Source: Patescibacteria group bacterium
GTDB taxonomy: Bacteria; Patescibacteriota; Patescibacteriia; Magasanikbacterales; GWA2-37-8
Direction: 5' to 3'
DNA: 64,000 nt
Assembly (NCBI GenBank): GCA_028705565.1
Contig: JAQWDH010000005.1
Coordinates: forward strand, 5,803 to 69,802
Both the position numbers and the translations under genes were made by a program. Positions 9,596-18,961 of this stretch are shown here, piece after piece. How positions within the stretch are numbered: the first letter of the stretch is position 1; each line of letters starts with the position of its first letter. Under the pieces are notes generated by a model. It made no database searches and was not told the origin of the DNA. It saw only the letters and a program-made list of their open reading frames with translations.

Positions 9596-9778
9596 TTAAT
9601 TGTATTTTTTTTCTTCTCCTTCTTCCATATCCTCCCCTGCTTCTCCTGCATACTCCCTGAGCAGGGAGTCTTTGTTTTTAATTTTCTTTTCTTTTTCTTC
9701 TTTTTCTTCTTCTTTTTTTTCCGACGACCACGGGTCGTCATTTTCATTCAAAAAAATATTATTGTTGGGTTTGGTCAT
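9596..9778 (-). CDS. Small highly acidic Lys/Glu-rich protein (60 aa)
   Basis: Perfect SD aggagg 6 nt upstream of ATG on minus strand; low-complexity KE-rich product; three short hairpins in region. Confidence 0.4.
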   Translation of the reverse strand: MTKPNNNIFLNENDDPWSSEKKEEEKEEKEKKIKNKDSLLREYAGEAGEDMEEGEEKKYN

Positions 9779-9880
9779 TTTTTTCCTCCTTCCGCCAAAG
9801 GCGGATAAATATAAAATTTTTTATGCAAAGACCGTATAATTTTGTATTAAACTACATTTTTTATTTTTTGTCAATATCGC

Positions 9881-11941
9881 CTATTCTCTTATCATTACTA
9901 TCTCATCCGCGCCGTCAAAATTTACGTCAACGGCTTCCAAATAAATTTTATTCGCTCCGAAAAGCAATGGAGCGCCAAACTCTGATATTTTTTTGCCTTT
10001 TTGATTATAAACCATTATTAAAAAATTCTTGCCTGAATTAAAACCAGCTATTATCTCGTCCTTTCCATCTTTATTAACATCCCCGCTCGCCAACGCGAAA
10101 TTTTTATTGCCGCTTTTCGCTTTTTTCATATCAATCGTAAATTTTATTTTCAAACGCGCCAAAGAATTATCATATATGAAAATTTCGCCAGTGCTTTCTT
10201 TGCCGGCTATGAATTCCGCTGTCCCGTCGCCGTCTATGTCTCCGCTTGCTATTTTCACTGCTCCGACATATTTTTTTCCAACCGGATAAAATCCTTCGTT
10301 TAAAATAGCTCCGCTGTAATCGTATTTAATAATCTTTCCGCCGGTTGGGGAAGCCAAAAAAATTTCGTCAGTTTTTTGTTTTGTTTCCGTGTTCACCGCG
10401 AGCCCGATATCCCCTGCCATATTTCCGCTAAACGGATAATCGCTAAACCAACGTCCTCCAACACTGTTATAAATTTCCACTTTGCCTCCCTTGATGATTA
10501 TTTTTTCTTCCCTTCCGTCTCCGTTCAAATCTCCGCTATAAATTTTTACGCCTCCGGAAAACCCTTCTTCATAAATAAAAAATCCGTTACGCGCGCGTCT
10601 GCCTTTGATATCAAAAAAACTCGCGAATCCTCCATTGATAAATACTGTGTCTCGCGCCGTTTGAAAAGTTTTTAACAAAAGCAGTCCTTCTTTCGCGTTT
10701 AATTTTATTTTACTGACGATGGAACCGTCGTTGGCTTCCGCATCTTGCGAGCCGATTATTTTTTCGTATTCGCCTCCCAAATCCACCTCTGCGGATTTGT
10801 CGGACGAATTTACCAACACTATCCCGTTGGTAAAATCACGCCGCCAAACATCGCGTTGAAAATCCGTTTTACCTGACAAGGATCGCGCTTCGGATACTGC
10901 TTTGCCCAAATTTATCTCGTATTCGTCATACCACCAAACTTGACCGTGGTCCTTGTCGCCATAATCAAAAGAATAATACCCATTTCCCAAAAGCGCGCTC
11001 GCGAGTCCAAAACGCATTTCTTTGTAACTTTCTTTTCCGCCTTTATTGGCAGTATTATTGTTTATGATTAAAACTCTCGGCAATGGCTTTCCATTTTCAA
11101 ATGAAACGTATTTTTCCATGCTCGCCTGCCAATCGCCGGCTGAAAAATTTTCCACCATCAACCCGTTCAAATCATCCTTGTAAATCTCTCCGGCGCCATT
11201 GCCGACGATAATAAAATTATTTCCCGCCGACGCTCGCGTTTCATTAAAAAGAATTTTCATTCCGGCTCGCCAACGCTCATTCGCGTCCGCGTCAACTTTG
11301 CCGTCTTTGTCCAAATCAATTCCGGTAGAAAGCCAATTTACGCTATCCCACGAATTATCGTAAAAAATTCCGTCCCACAAACCGGTTGACAAAATTTCGT
11401 TCACCGCGAATTTCGCGAGATACTCGTTCCATCGCAATCCTCCGGCGCGCGGACAATTATCAGCAGGATTAAGCATCCATGTTTCCGGCCAAAAAACCAA
11501 ACGCTGTCCTTTCGTATCGGTCAAATACCATTTTTCGGAAATTCCGCTCGCCAATTTTCTTCTCATTTGACTGTAAGACGAAACAGCGTCTTGCCGTATT
11601 TCCTCTGTGGTGATATACGCCAAAATTTTTATATTCGGATTCAATTGCCTGATTTTTTTCAAAGTTTCTTTGCTTTTTATCTGCAGTTCCATATCTAAAA
11701 TCAGCAAGTCCCATTTTGCCAAATCCGAAGCGCGCGAAATATCAATCTCCCAAGTCAAATAATAATTCGCCCTTTTTGGAAAATTGTTTTTTTCCGCTGT
11801 AAAAACGCGCGTCGGTAAAAACAAAGACGCCGCGGCGAGAACCGCGAAAAAATAACTTAAAAAATATTTTTTTCGGATAAAAATCATGTTTTTAAATATC
11901 GTATTCTTTTTTAGACAACAAATCGTCATAAATTCTTTCAA
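9881..11941 (-). CDS. Secreted putative glycoside hydrolase (GH114/GHL-like TIM-barrel N-domain) with C-terminal FG-GAP repeats
   Basis: Signal peptide MIFIRKKYFLSYFFAVLAAASLF (true start likely near 11887); repeats GDLNGDGREE, GDIDGDGTAEF, GDVNKDGKDEI, VDVNFDGADEI. Confidence 0.55.
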   Translation of the reverse strand: MKEFMTICCLKKNTIFKNMIFIRKKYFLSYFFAVLAAASLFLPTRVFTAEKNNFPKRANYYLTWEIDISRASDLAKWDLLILDMELQIKSKETLKKIRQLNPNIKILAYITTEEIRQDAVSSYSQMRRKLASGISEKWYLTDTKGQRLVFWPETWMLNPADNCPRAGGLRWNEYLAKFAVNEILSTGLWDGIFYDNSWDSVNWLSTGIDLDKDGKVDADANERWRAGMKILFNETRASAGNNFIIVGNGAGEIYKDDLNGLMVENFSAGDWQASMEKYVSFENGKPLPRVLIINNNTANKGGKESYKEMRFGLASALLGNGYYSFDYGDKDHGQVWWYDEYEINLGKAVSEARSLSGKTDFQRDVWRRDFTNGIVLVNSSDKSAEVDLGGEYEKIIGSQDAEANDGSIVSKIKLNAKEGLLLLKTFQTARDTVFINGGFASFFDIKGRRARNGFFIYEEGFSGGVKIYSGDLNGDGREEKIIIKGGKVEIYNSVGGRWFSDYPFSGNMAGDIGLAVNTETKQKTDEIFLASPTGGKIIKYDYSGAILNEGFYPVGKKYVGAVKIASGDIDGDGTAEFIAGKESTGEIFIYDNSLARLKIKFTIDMKKAKSGNKNFALASGDVNKDGKDEIIAGFNSGKNFLIMVYNQKGKKISEFGAPLLFGANKIYLEAVDVNFDGADEIVMIRE

Positions 11942-13118
11942 TTTCGCGGATGTTTTTCTTTATGTCAAAATTTCCACGCGCGTATTCCCTGGCTTTTTCG
12001 CCCATTCTTTTGCCTTCGTCTTTACGCAAAAACAAAAACCTTACGGCATCTGCGATTTGCACCGCGCTTCCTGCTTTAACCAAAATGCCGGTTTCATCGG
12101 GTTTTATCAATTCTTCTCCTGCCGGAACGGACGCTACAACGCACCTGCCGGATGCCATGGCTTCCATTACAGCCAAACTTAATCCTTCCCACAAAGATGG
12201 CTGAATTACAACATCTATCCATTCGTAAAATCGCGTAATATCGTCAATATTTCCATGCCACGCGATTCTATTTTCAATCCCCAATTTTTTAGCTTCAATC
12301 TTCAATTTATCCCGCAAAGAGCCGTCTCCAAAAATTTCCAATCTCCACCAATCCATATTTTTAAGAGTTGAAAGAGCCCTGAAAAGATATATATGCCCTT
12401 TTTGCTGCTCCAATCTACCGACAATCGCCAAACGCAATGCTTTGTCTTGAAAAAAACATTCGGTCGGAACCGCCAAACATTTTTCCAAATCAATGCCGTT
12501 GCGTATCATTTTTATTTTATTTTCTTTTATATTAAAATTCGCGCGGCAATACACGCCCACTCCGTCTGACACTGCGATTATTTTATCGGCCGAGCGCAAA
12601 ATATATTTCCAAATAAAACGCCGTAAAAAAGAAGTTTGCCATTCAACATTATGCTGTGTGGAAACCCATTTAATTTTGCGTTTTGAAAAAAACAAAAGCA
12701 GGTAAGCGACAAGGTCTCCGCCAAAAAGATGACTGTGTATCAAATCGGGTTTAAATTCCTCAACATATTTTTTCAATGATTTGAAAACCGCCCATCTTCC
12801 GCCTTGTCTTGAACGCGAACCGACAAACAAATTAATGTCCAAACTTTCAAATTGCGGACGCAAACATCCATCTTCAACGGAGCTCGCGACGATTATCTCA
12901 TATTTTTCCTTATCCAAAAAACGCGCGTAATGCCAAACAACGCGTTCCGCTCCTCCGACATTGAACGCCGGTATGATATGCAAAATTTTTTTCTTTTTGA
13001 CTATCATATTTTTGAAACGAATTTCTTTTTTCGCGCGAAATTTATTCTTAAATTCGCGAACAACGTTTCGGAACTGTAAGCGATACTTTGCGCCACTGCC
13101 AAAGCGATGGGCACCCAC
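11892..13118 (-). CDS. Glycosyltransferase family 4 (GT-B fold)
   Basis: EGLSLAVMEAMASGRCVVAS motif; true start probably MIVKKKKILHIIP near 13007. Confidence 0.8.
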   Translation of the reverse strand: MGAHRFGSGAKYRLQFRNVVREFKNKFRAKKEIRFKNMIVKKKKILHIIPAFNVGGAERVVWHYARFLDKEKYEIIVASSVEDGCLRPQFESLDINLFVGSRSRQGGRWAVFKSLKKYVEEFKPDLIHSHLFGGDLVAYLLLFFSKRKIKWVSTQHNVEWQTSFLRRFIWKYILRSADKIIAVSDGVGVYCRANFNIKENKIKMIRNGIDLEKCLAVPTECFFQDKALRLAIVGRLEQQKGHIYLFRALSTLKNMDWWRLEIFGDGSLRDKLKIEAKKLGIENRIAWHGNIDDITRFYEWIDVVIQPSLWEGLSLAVMEAMASGRCVVASVPAGEELIKPDETGILVKAGSAVQIADAVRFLFLRKDEGKRMGEKAREYARGNFDIKKNIREIERIYDDLLSKKEYDI

Positions 13119-14479
13119 ATTTTGCTTGAATAAAACTGCGTGTTAAAAAGCTGAAAAACAAGCGGCGACAAAACCAAAAATAACGAAACGAAATAAGCCA
13201 AACGCGCCTCTTCGGTATAACGTTCGTCTCTATATCTTTTGTAAATAATAAAAACAATCCAACCGATAAACAAACCGAACGTCAAAAGACCGAATATTCC
13301 CTGCTCGGCCAAAAGTTTTTGCGCGATTCCGTGCGCGTCCAACGGGTCGCCGAATTCAAAACGAAACACGCCTATTTCTCCGGCGCGCGACAAAAAACTT
13401 CCTATACCTTGTCCGATAAACGGATGTTCTTTAAATAAAAACCAAGAAATGTTGGCGAGATACCAACGCGCCGCGGTTGAACTGCGGACAATCGGACTTG
13501 CTGTTAAAAAATACACGAGATAAACGAAAAGCGGAACAATAAAAAATGCGATTAAAAATTGAAATTTCCGCGCGTATTTTTTAAAATCTATTTTTTTACG
13601 CATCAAATAAACGAACACAACCGCCTCCACCGCCATTGTAAGCCAACCTGCGCGAGACAAAGTTAAAAGACCGATGATTAAAACAAATATCGTCGCCGCG
13701 CCGTAATATTTCCCACGCGCGGTGTTTTTATTTTTATACCAAAAATACAAAAATATCGGCAAGACGGAAGTTATCGTTTCGGCGAGAAAAATATGTTGGT
13801 CGCCGAAAGGCGCCCATCCGCCGATTGAGAACGGAGCGGCTCGGCGCATTCCGCCGGCTACAGCCCCCCATCCGAAAACGAAAGAAACAAATCCCATTGC
13901 CGCGCCCAAAAAACCGATTGACGCGAAAACAGCCAAACTTTTTTCCCAAATCTTTTTATCGTTCGCTATGTTCGCGCCGAGCATCACATAACCGAAATAA
14001 AATAATAAAAGAAAATGAAAAATATATTTTATTCCTCCAGCGATTTCAACAGACGACAAATTAATGAGCGACACGACAGCTGATAAAATAAAAAGCGCAA
14101 ACAAATGAAAACCCGGCAAGTTCACCTGTTCTGATTCGCCTTTGAAAAATCCACGAAATTTATTTATTACAAACGCGATTAAAAGCAAAATCGCCCAAAA
14201 TTCCACTGCCGGCGCGTTGACTTGTTCCAATCTGTAAAAACCTGAAAAAAAGGAAGGAAATTGTTCAAAACTTATAACCCAGTTGATGAGCGGTGAAATA
14301 AAAACCAAAATATACCAACCGATGTCTAAACGGTAAGAAACAGCCCAAGCCAAAAATAAAATGAAAAACACGGCCAAAGGCAAATATCCAACCCAAATAT
14401 AAAGCAGAACAAAACACAAAAACAGCAAAACAAAGCCAAAAAACTTGAAGGCCGTCTTTTTGTAAGAAATTTCCTTCAT
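13004..14479 (-). CDS. O-antigen ligase/Wzy-like polytopic membrane protein
   Basis: 491 aa, about 12 TM; Wzy_C-like LTLSRAGWLTMAVE motif. Confidence 0.55.
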   Translation of the reverse strand: MKEISYKKTAFKFFGFVLLFLCFVLLYIWVGYLPLAVFFILFLAWAVSYRLDIGWYILVFISPLINWVISFEQFPSFFSGFYRLEQVNAPAVEFWAILLLIAFVINKFRGFFKGESEQVNLPGFHLFALFILSAVVSLINLSSVEIAGGIKYIFHFLLLFYFGYVMLGANIANDKKIWEKSLAVFASIGFLGAAMGFVSFVFGWGAVAGGMRRAAPFSIGGWAPFGDQHIFLAETITSVLPIFLYFWYKNKNTARGKYYGAATIFVLIIGLLTLSRAGWLTMAVEAVVFVYLMRKKIDFKKYARKFQFLIAFFIVPLFVYLVYFLTASPIVRSSTAARWYLANISWFLFKEHPFIGQGIGSFLSRAGEIGVFRFEFGDPLDAHGIAQKLLAEQGIFGLLTFGLFIGWIVFIIYKRYRDERYTEEARLAYFVSLFLVLSPLVFQLFNTQFYSSKMWVPIALAVAQSIAYSSETLFANLRINFARKKKFVSKI

Positions 14480-14523
14480 ATATATCCATTATACCAAAAA
14501 TTTCGCATTTAGAGAAAAAGAAA

Positions 14524-14548
14524 GGGGGTTACACACAGGCAACCCCCA
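14524..14548. terminator. Bidirectional rho-independent terminator hairpin gggggtt-acacacaggc-aaccccc
   Basis: 7-bp GC stem with T-runs on both strands, downstream of the minus-strand gene ending at 14736. Confidence 0.6.
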
Positions 14549-14555
14549 AAAAATT

Positions 14556-14732
14556 TTGTCATTCCGATCCGCCCGGGGCGGAGAGAAATCTCTGCCGGTT
14601 ATTGTAAACCGGACAGAGATCCCTCGTTTCACTCGGGATGACACTTAAGTTTTTGTCATTCCGACGAAGGAGGAATCCCTGTCGGTTATTGTAAACCGGA
14701 CAGAGTTCCCTCGTTTCACTCGGGATGACACT
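14556..14732. repeat. Two tandem copies of palindromic MITE-like element (gtcattccga ... tcgggatgac termini; inner ctctg-ccggtt...aaccgg-acagag)
   Basis: Copy 1 14556-14645, copy 2 14653-14732, about 85% identical; termini and inner palindromes read directly. Confidence 0.8.
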
Positions 14733-14735
14733 TTC

Positions 14736-15875
14736 TTACAACCATCCACACTCCACCTTCCACCCCTCCTCCTCCTGGGGTGTCCATATGCATGGGTCTT
14801 GTTGACCTGTCTCGTCAACAAGACCATCGCAATCATTATCAAATGAATCGCCCGTGGTGTCGTGCATCCACGGGTTGTTCAATATTGACCCGTCGGTCCG
14901 GAAGAAAAAAAACGAACCTTCTGGACACTGGGTCTCTGTTAAAATAAATAATTTTCCAGTATCCTCTAGACACACTGTCCACTCCTCCAAATCGGTGGGG
15001 TCATCGTCGCAATCTCCACCCCACCAGACCTCGCACAACCTATTAACAGAATCAATGCACGGCGCCACCTCGCAGTGGCAATCTCCGTCATCGTCTGTAT
15101 TATCTTCACAATCTTCATCTGTATCATTATTACAATTACTATCAATATCATCTCCGCATATCTCTTCTGCGGCCGGGTTTATATTTGAATTAATATCGTC
15201 GCAATCCGGTCCTAACTCACAATTTTCTCCATAGTTATCGCCGTCGTTGTCTATGCATTCAAGAATAACAATTTCTCTTATACCGGCAAACATGAATGCC
15301 GGTTCATTATGAACTGTGGAGCACCTTGGGTCCACCCCGTCACAATTTTCATCAATTCCATTTCCGCATATTTCTGTTGCACTTGGATTGATAAAAAACG
15401 AAGTATCGTCGCAATCTTCCGGCGACAAAAAATTGTCGCCGTCACGGTCGCAAACATTGAGGTCGTCAACCTCAAGATTGCAATTATCATCAATTCCGTT
15501 ACCACATATTTCTGTTGCGCCGTGATGAATGCGTGGATTTCGCGGAGCACAATCAGTTTCGTTCGGATCTCCGTCATTATCAAAATCATCCGAAGGACAC
15601 GCGGCGACGATTCCGTCGCAGTCCTCGTCAATTCCATTTTCGCAGATTTCTGTTGCGCCAGGATTTATCTCTGAATCATTATCATCACAATCTGGTCCCA
15701 ACTCACAATCTTCACCATAATTATCACCGTCGTTGTCTATACAACTATTATTATCGCAGTTATTAGAGCCATAGCATGGCTCATAGCAGCTATTGATTGA
15801 GATCAATATACTCAACCCTACAAAAAAGAAAAACAAAAAAATAATACTGATAATAATATTTCTTTTTCCTATCAT
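14736..15875 (-). CDS. Membrane-anchored Cys-rich repeat protein, MopE-like putative metal-binding motif repeats
   Basis: N-terminal TM; at least 5 repeats of DNDGDNYGEDCELGPDCDD..INP.A.EICGNGIDE.CDG; codon usage visibly GC-richer than neighbours. Confidence 0.6.
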   Translation of the reverse strand: MIGKRNIIISIIFLFFFFVGLSILISINSCYEPCYGSNNCDNNSCIDNDGDNYGEDCELGPDCDDNDSEINPGATEICENGIDEDCDGIVAACPSDDFDNDGDPNETDCAPRNPRIHHGATEICGNGIDDNCNLEVDDLNVCDRDGDNFLSPEDCDDTSFFINPSATEICGNGIDENCDGVDPRCSTVHNEPAFMFAGIREIVILECIDNDGDNYGENCELGPDCDDINSNINPAAEEICGDDIDSNCNNDTDEDCEDNTDDDGDCHCEVAPCIDSVNRLCEVWWGGDCDDDPTDLEEWTVCLEDTGKLFILTETQCPEGSFFFFRTDGSILNNPWMHDTTGDSFDNDCDGLVDETGQQDPCIWTPQEEEGWKVECGWL

Positions 15876-15970
15876 AAAAAACCTCCCGCCCGTCCGCTTT
15901 TAAGCCGACGATACATTTGTTAAGGGCTAAACAACCCATAGAAAGGATGTGTTTAGCGCGAGCTTTCTTA

Positions 15971-15996
15971 TGTCTATAGTCTATAGACTATAGACT
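15971..15996. promoter_or_regulatory. Three closely spaced palindromic CTATAG hexamers upstream of the Cys-repeat gene
   Basis: t-ctatag-t-ctatag-a-ctatag-acta read directly, about 95 bp upstream of start at 15875. Confidence 0.4.
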
Positions 15997-16008
15997 ATTT
16001 AATTGTCA

Positions 16009-16173
16009 AAGAATACGCAAGTATAGCATATTTTAGCTGTCATCCTGAACACAGTGAAGGAACTCTGTCTGTTGTTGTTTAATCAATTGGACAGAGATTC
16101 TTCGCTTTGCTCAGAATGACAATTAACAAAACTCGCTAAAAGTTCAAAGAATACGCAAGTATAGCATATTTTG
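16009..16173. repeat. MITE-like palindromic element (gtcatcctgaac...tgctcagaatgac) flanked by 28-bp direct repeats caaagaatacgcaagtatagcatatttt
   Basis: Direct repeats at 16009-16036 and 16146-16173; inner element 16037-16131 has ctctgtc/gacagag inner palindrome like the 14556 family. Confidence 0.75.
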
Positions 16174-16289
16174 ACGATTTTGTCAAGTTTTTAAGCGCTT
16201 TTTTCGCTTGTTTTAAGCAAAAAACCGCCTTTTGGGCGGCAAATTTGGATGTTGATTTTACCTTATTTTGGTAAAATTTATTTTTTAAA

Positions 16290-17219
16290 TCAGAAACCGC
16301 GGCAATCAAAAAATTTTTTTCTTATTGCTAAACGACAATCGTTCTCGTGCAACTTAATAATTCCATCGCCAAAAATCACACCTTTGTCGCCGGCTACGGC
16401 TTTTTCTTTCACGGAAAATTTTATTTTTGCCAACTGCCATTCCCGCGCTTGTTTTTCAATCATATTTCCATACGCCACTGCCCACATTTTTTCCCACGCT
16501 TTTTTCCAACAAACGGCAAACAGTGTATCGGACACCGAAACTCTGCTTGTAAAATTCGCTTCTTTAAAGATATACGGCAAAAATTTTTCCACCCAATTAT
16601 TGGCATTTAAAAATTTTTGATAATAATTCAGCGGGTCATACAACGGAATCATTCGCCTCGTCCAATAAGCGAAATGTATATCGTCTTCCTCAATTCTGCA
16701 ACGCGATAAATCCAAATTGTCTTCGTCAATAAAAAACGAAAGACAAATTTTGTCGGCTTGTTTGGAGCCGTAAGTCCTCATTCCGAAAACGCGCAAAATA
16801 AGATTCGCGAAAAATCTCACAATCCAAACTCGCCCACGCGCCGCGACTATCAAAAAATCTATATCACTTTCCTTTGTCGCCTCTTCGGCGCCGACTGAAT
16901 TGCAAACGAACACCGCTCGTAAAAAAGGTATGGAACGAATTTTTTTAATCGCGCGTTTGGCTATTTTAATTTTTATTTCGCTCTCAACCAAAGCCGCCCG
17001 CCTTTTCTCCGTGATTTCATTTCTTCCTGGCAAAAAATAATATCCGCATTTCGTTTCCACCGAATTTTCATTTTTAATTTTTTCCAATTCATTTAAAAAA
17101 TCTTCATAACTTACTCGCGGCGGACGCCACAAAAATTCAAAAAGTTCCTCTTTTGTTAAGGGATAATCAAAAAAATTGAAGTATGACAATGTTTGAATTA
17201 TGGAAGATTTTAAATCCAT
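16290..17219 (-). CDS. Nucleotidyltransferase-domain protein (pol-beta-like minimal NTase)
   Basis: 309 aa; VFVCNSVGAEEATKESDIDFLIVAAR resembles G[SG]x9-13DxD NTase motif. Confidence 0.45.
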   Translation of the reverse strand: MDLKSSIIQTLSYFNFFDYPLTKEELFEFLWRPPRVSYEDFLNELEKIKNENSVETKCGYYFLPGRNEITEKRRAALVESEIKIKIAKRAIKKIRSIPFLRAVFVCNSVGAEEATKESDIDFLIVAARGRVWIVRFFANLILRVFGMRTYGSKQADKICLSFFIDEDNLDLSRCRIEEDDIHFAYWTRRMIPLYDPLNYYQKFLNANNWVEKFLPYIFKEANFTSRVSVSDTLFAVCWKKAWEKMWAVAYGNMIEKQAREWQLAKIKFSVKEKAVAGDKGVIFGDGIIKLHENDCRLAIRKKFFDCRGF

Positions 17220-17220
17220 C

Positions 17221-17571
17221 TTATTCGTTTTTACTCATCATTGCCCCGCCGAACGCGCCAACGGGAGCAGTATCTTTCACCGGCTCTGATTTTTCTTTTT
17301 CTTTTATTATGGCATCTTCAACCACGACTTTATCTGCGGTGATTTCTTTTACTTGGGGTGTTTTAATAAGATAAATCTGTTTGTTTAAAAAACTTTCCCT
17401 AACAGAGTATTCGGAAACCGCGTGCGTATTAACATCCAATTTAATATCAAAAATTTTACCCAGTTTGTCGCCGGATTCCGTGTAAACCGGCAAATCCATA
17501 AGTTTTTTAACATTGATGAACATATCATTTTCTTTTATTATTGGCAAAAATGAAGCCCATACTTTTATCAA
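17221..17571 (-). CDS. PRC-barrel domain protein
   Basis: 116 aa; INVKKLMDLPVYTESGDKLGKIFDIKLD typical of PRC barrel. Confidence 0.45.
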   Translation of the reverse strand: MIKVWASFLPIIKENDMFINVKKLMDLPVYTESGDKLGKIFDIKLDVNTHAVSEYSVRESFLNKQIYLIKTPQVKEITADKVVVEDAIIKEKEKSEPVKDTAPVGAFGGAMMSKNE

Positions 17572-18220
17572 ATTTGGAAGGAAAAACGCTCACTCCAAAT
17601 CCCCAACTTCTCAATTTTATTTCTATCTCTTTATGATTTCTGTTTTTATTGTTATGATATTCCAAAATTAAACAATCCATGGGCGACAAATCATTTTCAG
17701 ACAAACTTTCAAAAATTTCAAATTCCGCGCCTTCAATATCCATTTTCAACAAAGAAATTTTTTTGAGTTTGAATTTTTTAAAAAAATCCGGCAAACAGAA
17801 GACCTTGATTTTTATCTTTTCTCCATCCGTATTTTCGTCTTTTTCGCGCAAACGATGGTTGTGGCTGTCTTCGGAAATAAGCAAATCTCTCGCGCCGGTT
17901 TCATTAGACAAAGCCGCCGCAACGATTTCAACATTTTTTATGTTATTTTCTTTTAAATGTTTTTTCAACAATTCCAGATTGCGCGGCTCGGGCTCTACCG
18001 CGTAAATTTGCGAATTCTCGTTTAAAGCTCGGCAATAAATGGAAAACATCCCCGAATGCGCTCCCGCGTCAATTATCGGAAACAACGCCTCCGCGATTTT
18101 TTCTTCCGCCACCCTATATTCCCTTAATTTAAAAATTTCACGCATCACGCTTCTGTCCGCTTCATCGCGCAACCACAGCGTTATTTTTTTTCCTAAAAAA
18201 TTGATAATGGTTTTTTCCAT
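17525..18220 (-). CDS. FkbM-family SAM-dependent methyltransferase
   Basis: 231 aa; IDAGAHSGMFSIY and KMDIEGAEFEI motifs. Confidence 0.7.
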   Translation of the reverse strand: MEKTIINFLGKKITLWLRDEADRSVMREIFKLREYRVAEEKIAEALFPIIDAGAHSGMFSIYCRALNENSQIYAVEPEPRNLELLKKHLKENNIKNVEIVAAALSNETGARDLLISEDSHNHRLREKDENTDGEKIKIKVFCLPDFFKKFKLKKISLLKMDIEGAEFEIFESLSENDLSPMDCLILEYHNNKNRNHKEIEIKLRSWGFGVSVFPSKFDKSMGFIFANNKRK

Positions 18221-18230
18221 TTTATCAGAT

Positions 18231-18947
18231 TTATTTTTTCTTTCTGAATAAATACAGCTGTTGCAATCCCATTAAAACCGTGCTGAAAAACCAATATAAG
18301 GTTAATCCGGCAGGCAAGCTCAAACCGATAAACACTGTCATAACCGGCATAAAATACAGCATTTGTTTGTTCATTGTCGCCATCATGCCTTCGTCCTTGC
18401 CTCCGGCGCCGGCTTCTTTCGGCGGTTGTTTTTTTATAGTCATCCTCGCCTGCCAATATTGCGCCAACCCGGCCAGCGCTGCCAACGCAACGTTCGCTTT
18501 CGCCATATCAAAATAACCCAAAGAAATCGGATTGATTTGACCCGGATTGGAAACAAACGAGTATAAACTATCGGATAAATTCGCTGATGCCAAACCGTCG
18601 CGCAAAACCGCGTATAAAGCTATAAGTATCGGAAGCTGAACCAAAAGAGGCAAACACGAAGCGAACGGATTTACTTTATTGTTTTTATACATTTCCATTA
18701 TCGCCTGCGTTTGTTTTTGTTTGTCATCCGCGTATTGTTTTTTAATTTCATCCAATTTCGGCTGAATTTCTTGCATTGACTTTTGAGCTTTTATGGATGA
18801 ATTTGTAAGCGGGTAAACCGCCAAACGCACCAAAATCGTAACGACTAAAATTACCGCGCCGACATCGTGCCCCGGAATTAAATTATACAATCCGACAAAA
18901 GCGTTAAATATCGGCTGGTAAAGAATGACGTGAAAAAGATTTAACAT
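18231..18947 (-). CDS. yidC: Membrane protein insertase YidC/Oxa1 (short form)
   Basis: 238 aa; 5 TM core; sequence AVILVVTILVRLAVYPLT typical of YidC. Confidence 0.8.
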   Translation of the reverse strand: MLNLFHVILYQPIFNAFVGLYNLIPGHDVGAVILVVTILVRLAVYPLTNSSIKAQKSMQEIQPKLDEIKKQYADDKQKQTQAIMEMYKNNKVNPFASCLPLLVQLPILIALYAVLRDGLASANLSDSLYSFVSNPGQINPISLGYFDMAKANVALAALAGLAQYWQARMTIKKQPPKEAGAGGKDEGMMATMNKQMLYFMPVMTVFIGLSLPAGLTLYWFFSTVLMGLQQLYLFRKKK

Positions 18948-18961
18948 AGATATTATTTATT

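Noticed and set aside
9590-10041. Plus-strand ORFs 9590..9808, 9600..9839, 9823..10041 in the low-complexity tract
   Set aside because: Poly-F/S translations of a pyrimidine-rich strand with no SD. The minus-strand acidic ORF has the only convincing translation signal.
14854-15766. Multiple plus-strand ORFs (14854..15234, 15309..15674, 15316..15525, 15515..15766, 15529..15720) overlapping the Cys-repeat gene
   Set aside because: All antisense or out of frame to the 379-aa repeat protein. Repetitive GC-rich DNA generates long spurious frames.
16290-17219. Nucleotidyltransferase gene as a CBASS-type cyclase
   Set aside because: Only a generic pol-beta NTase motif. No adjacent effector, Cap genes or second conserved acidic motif typical of CD-NTases. 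Kept as generic NTase.
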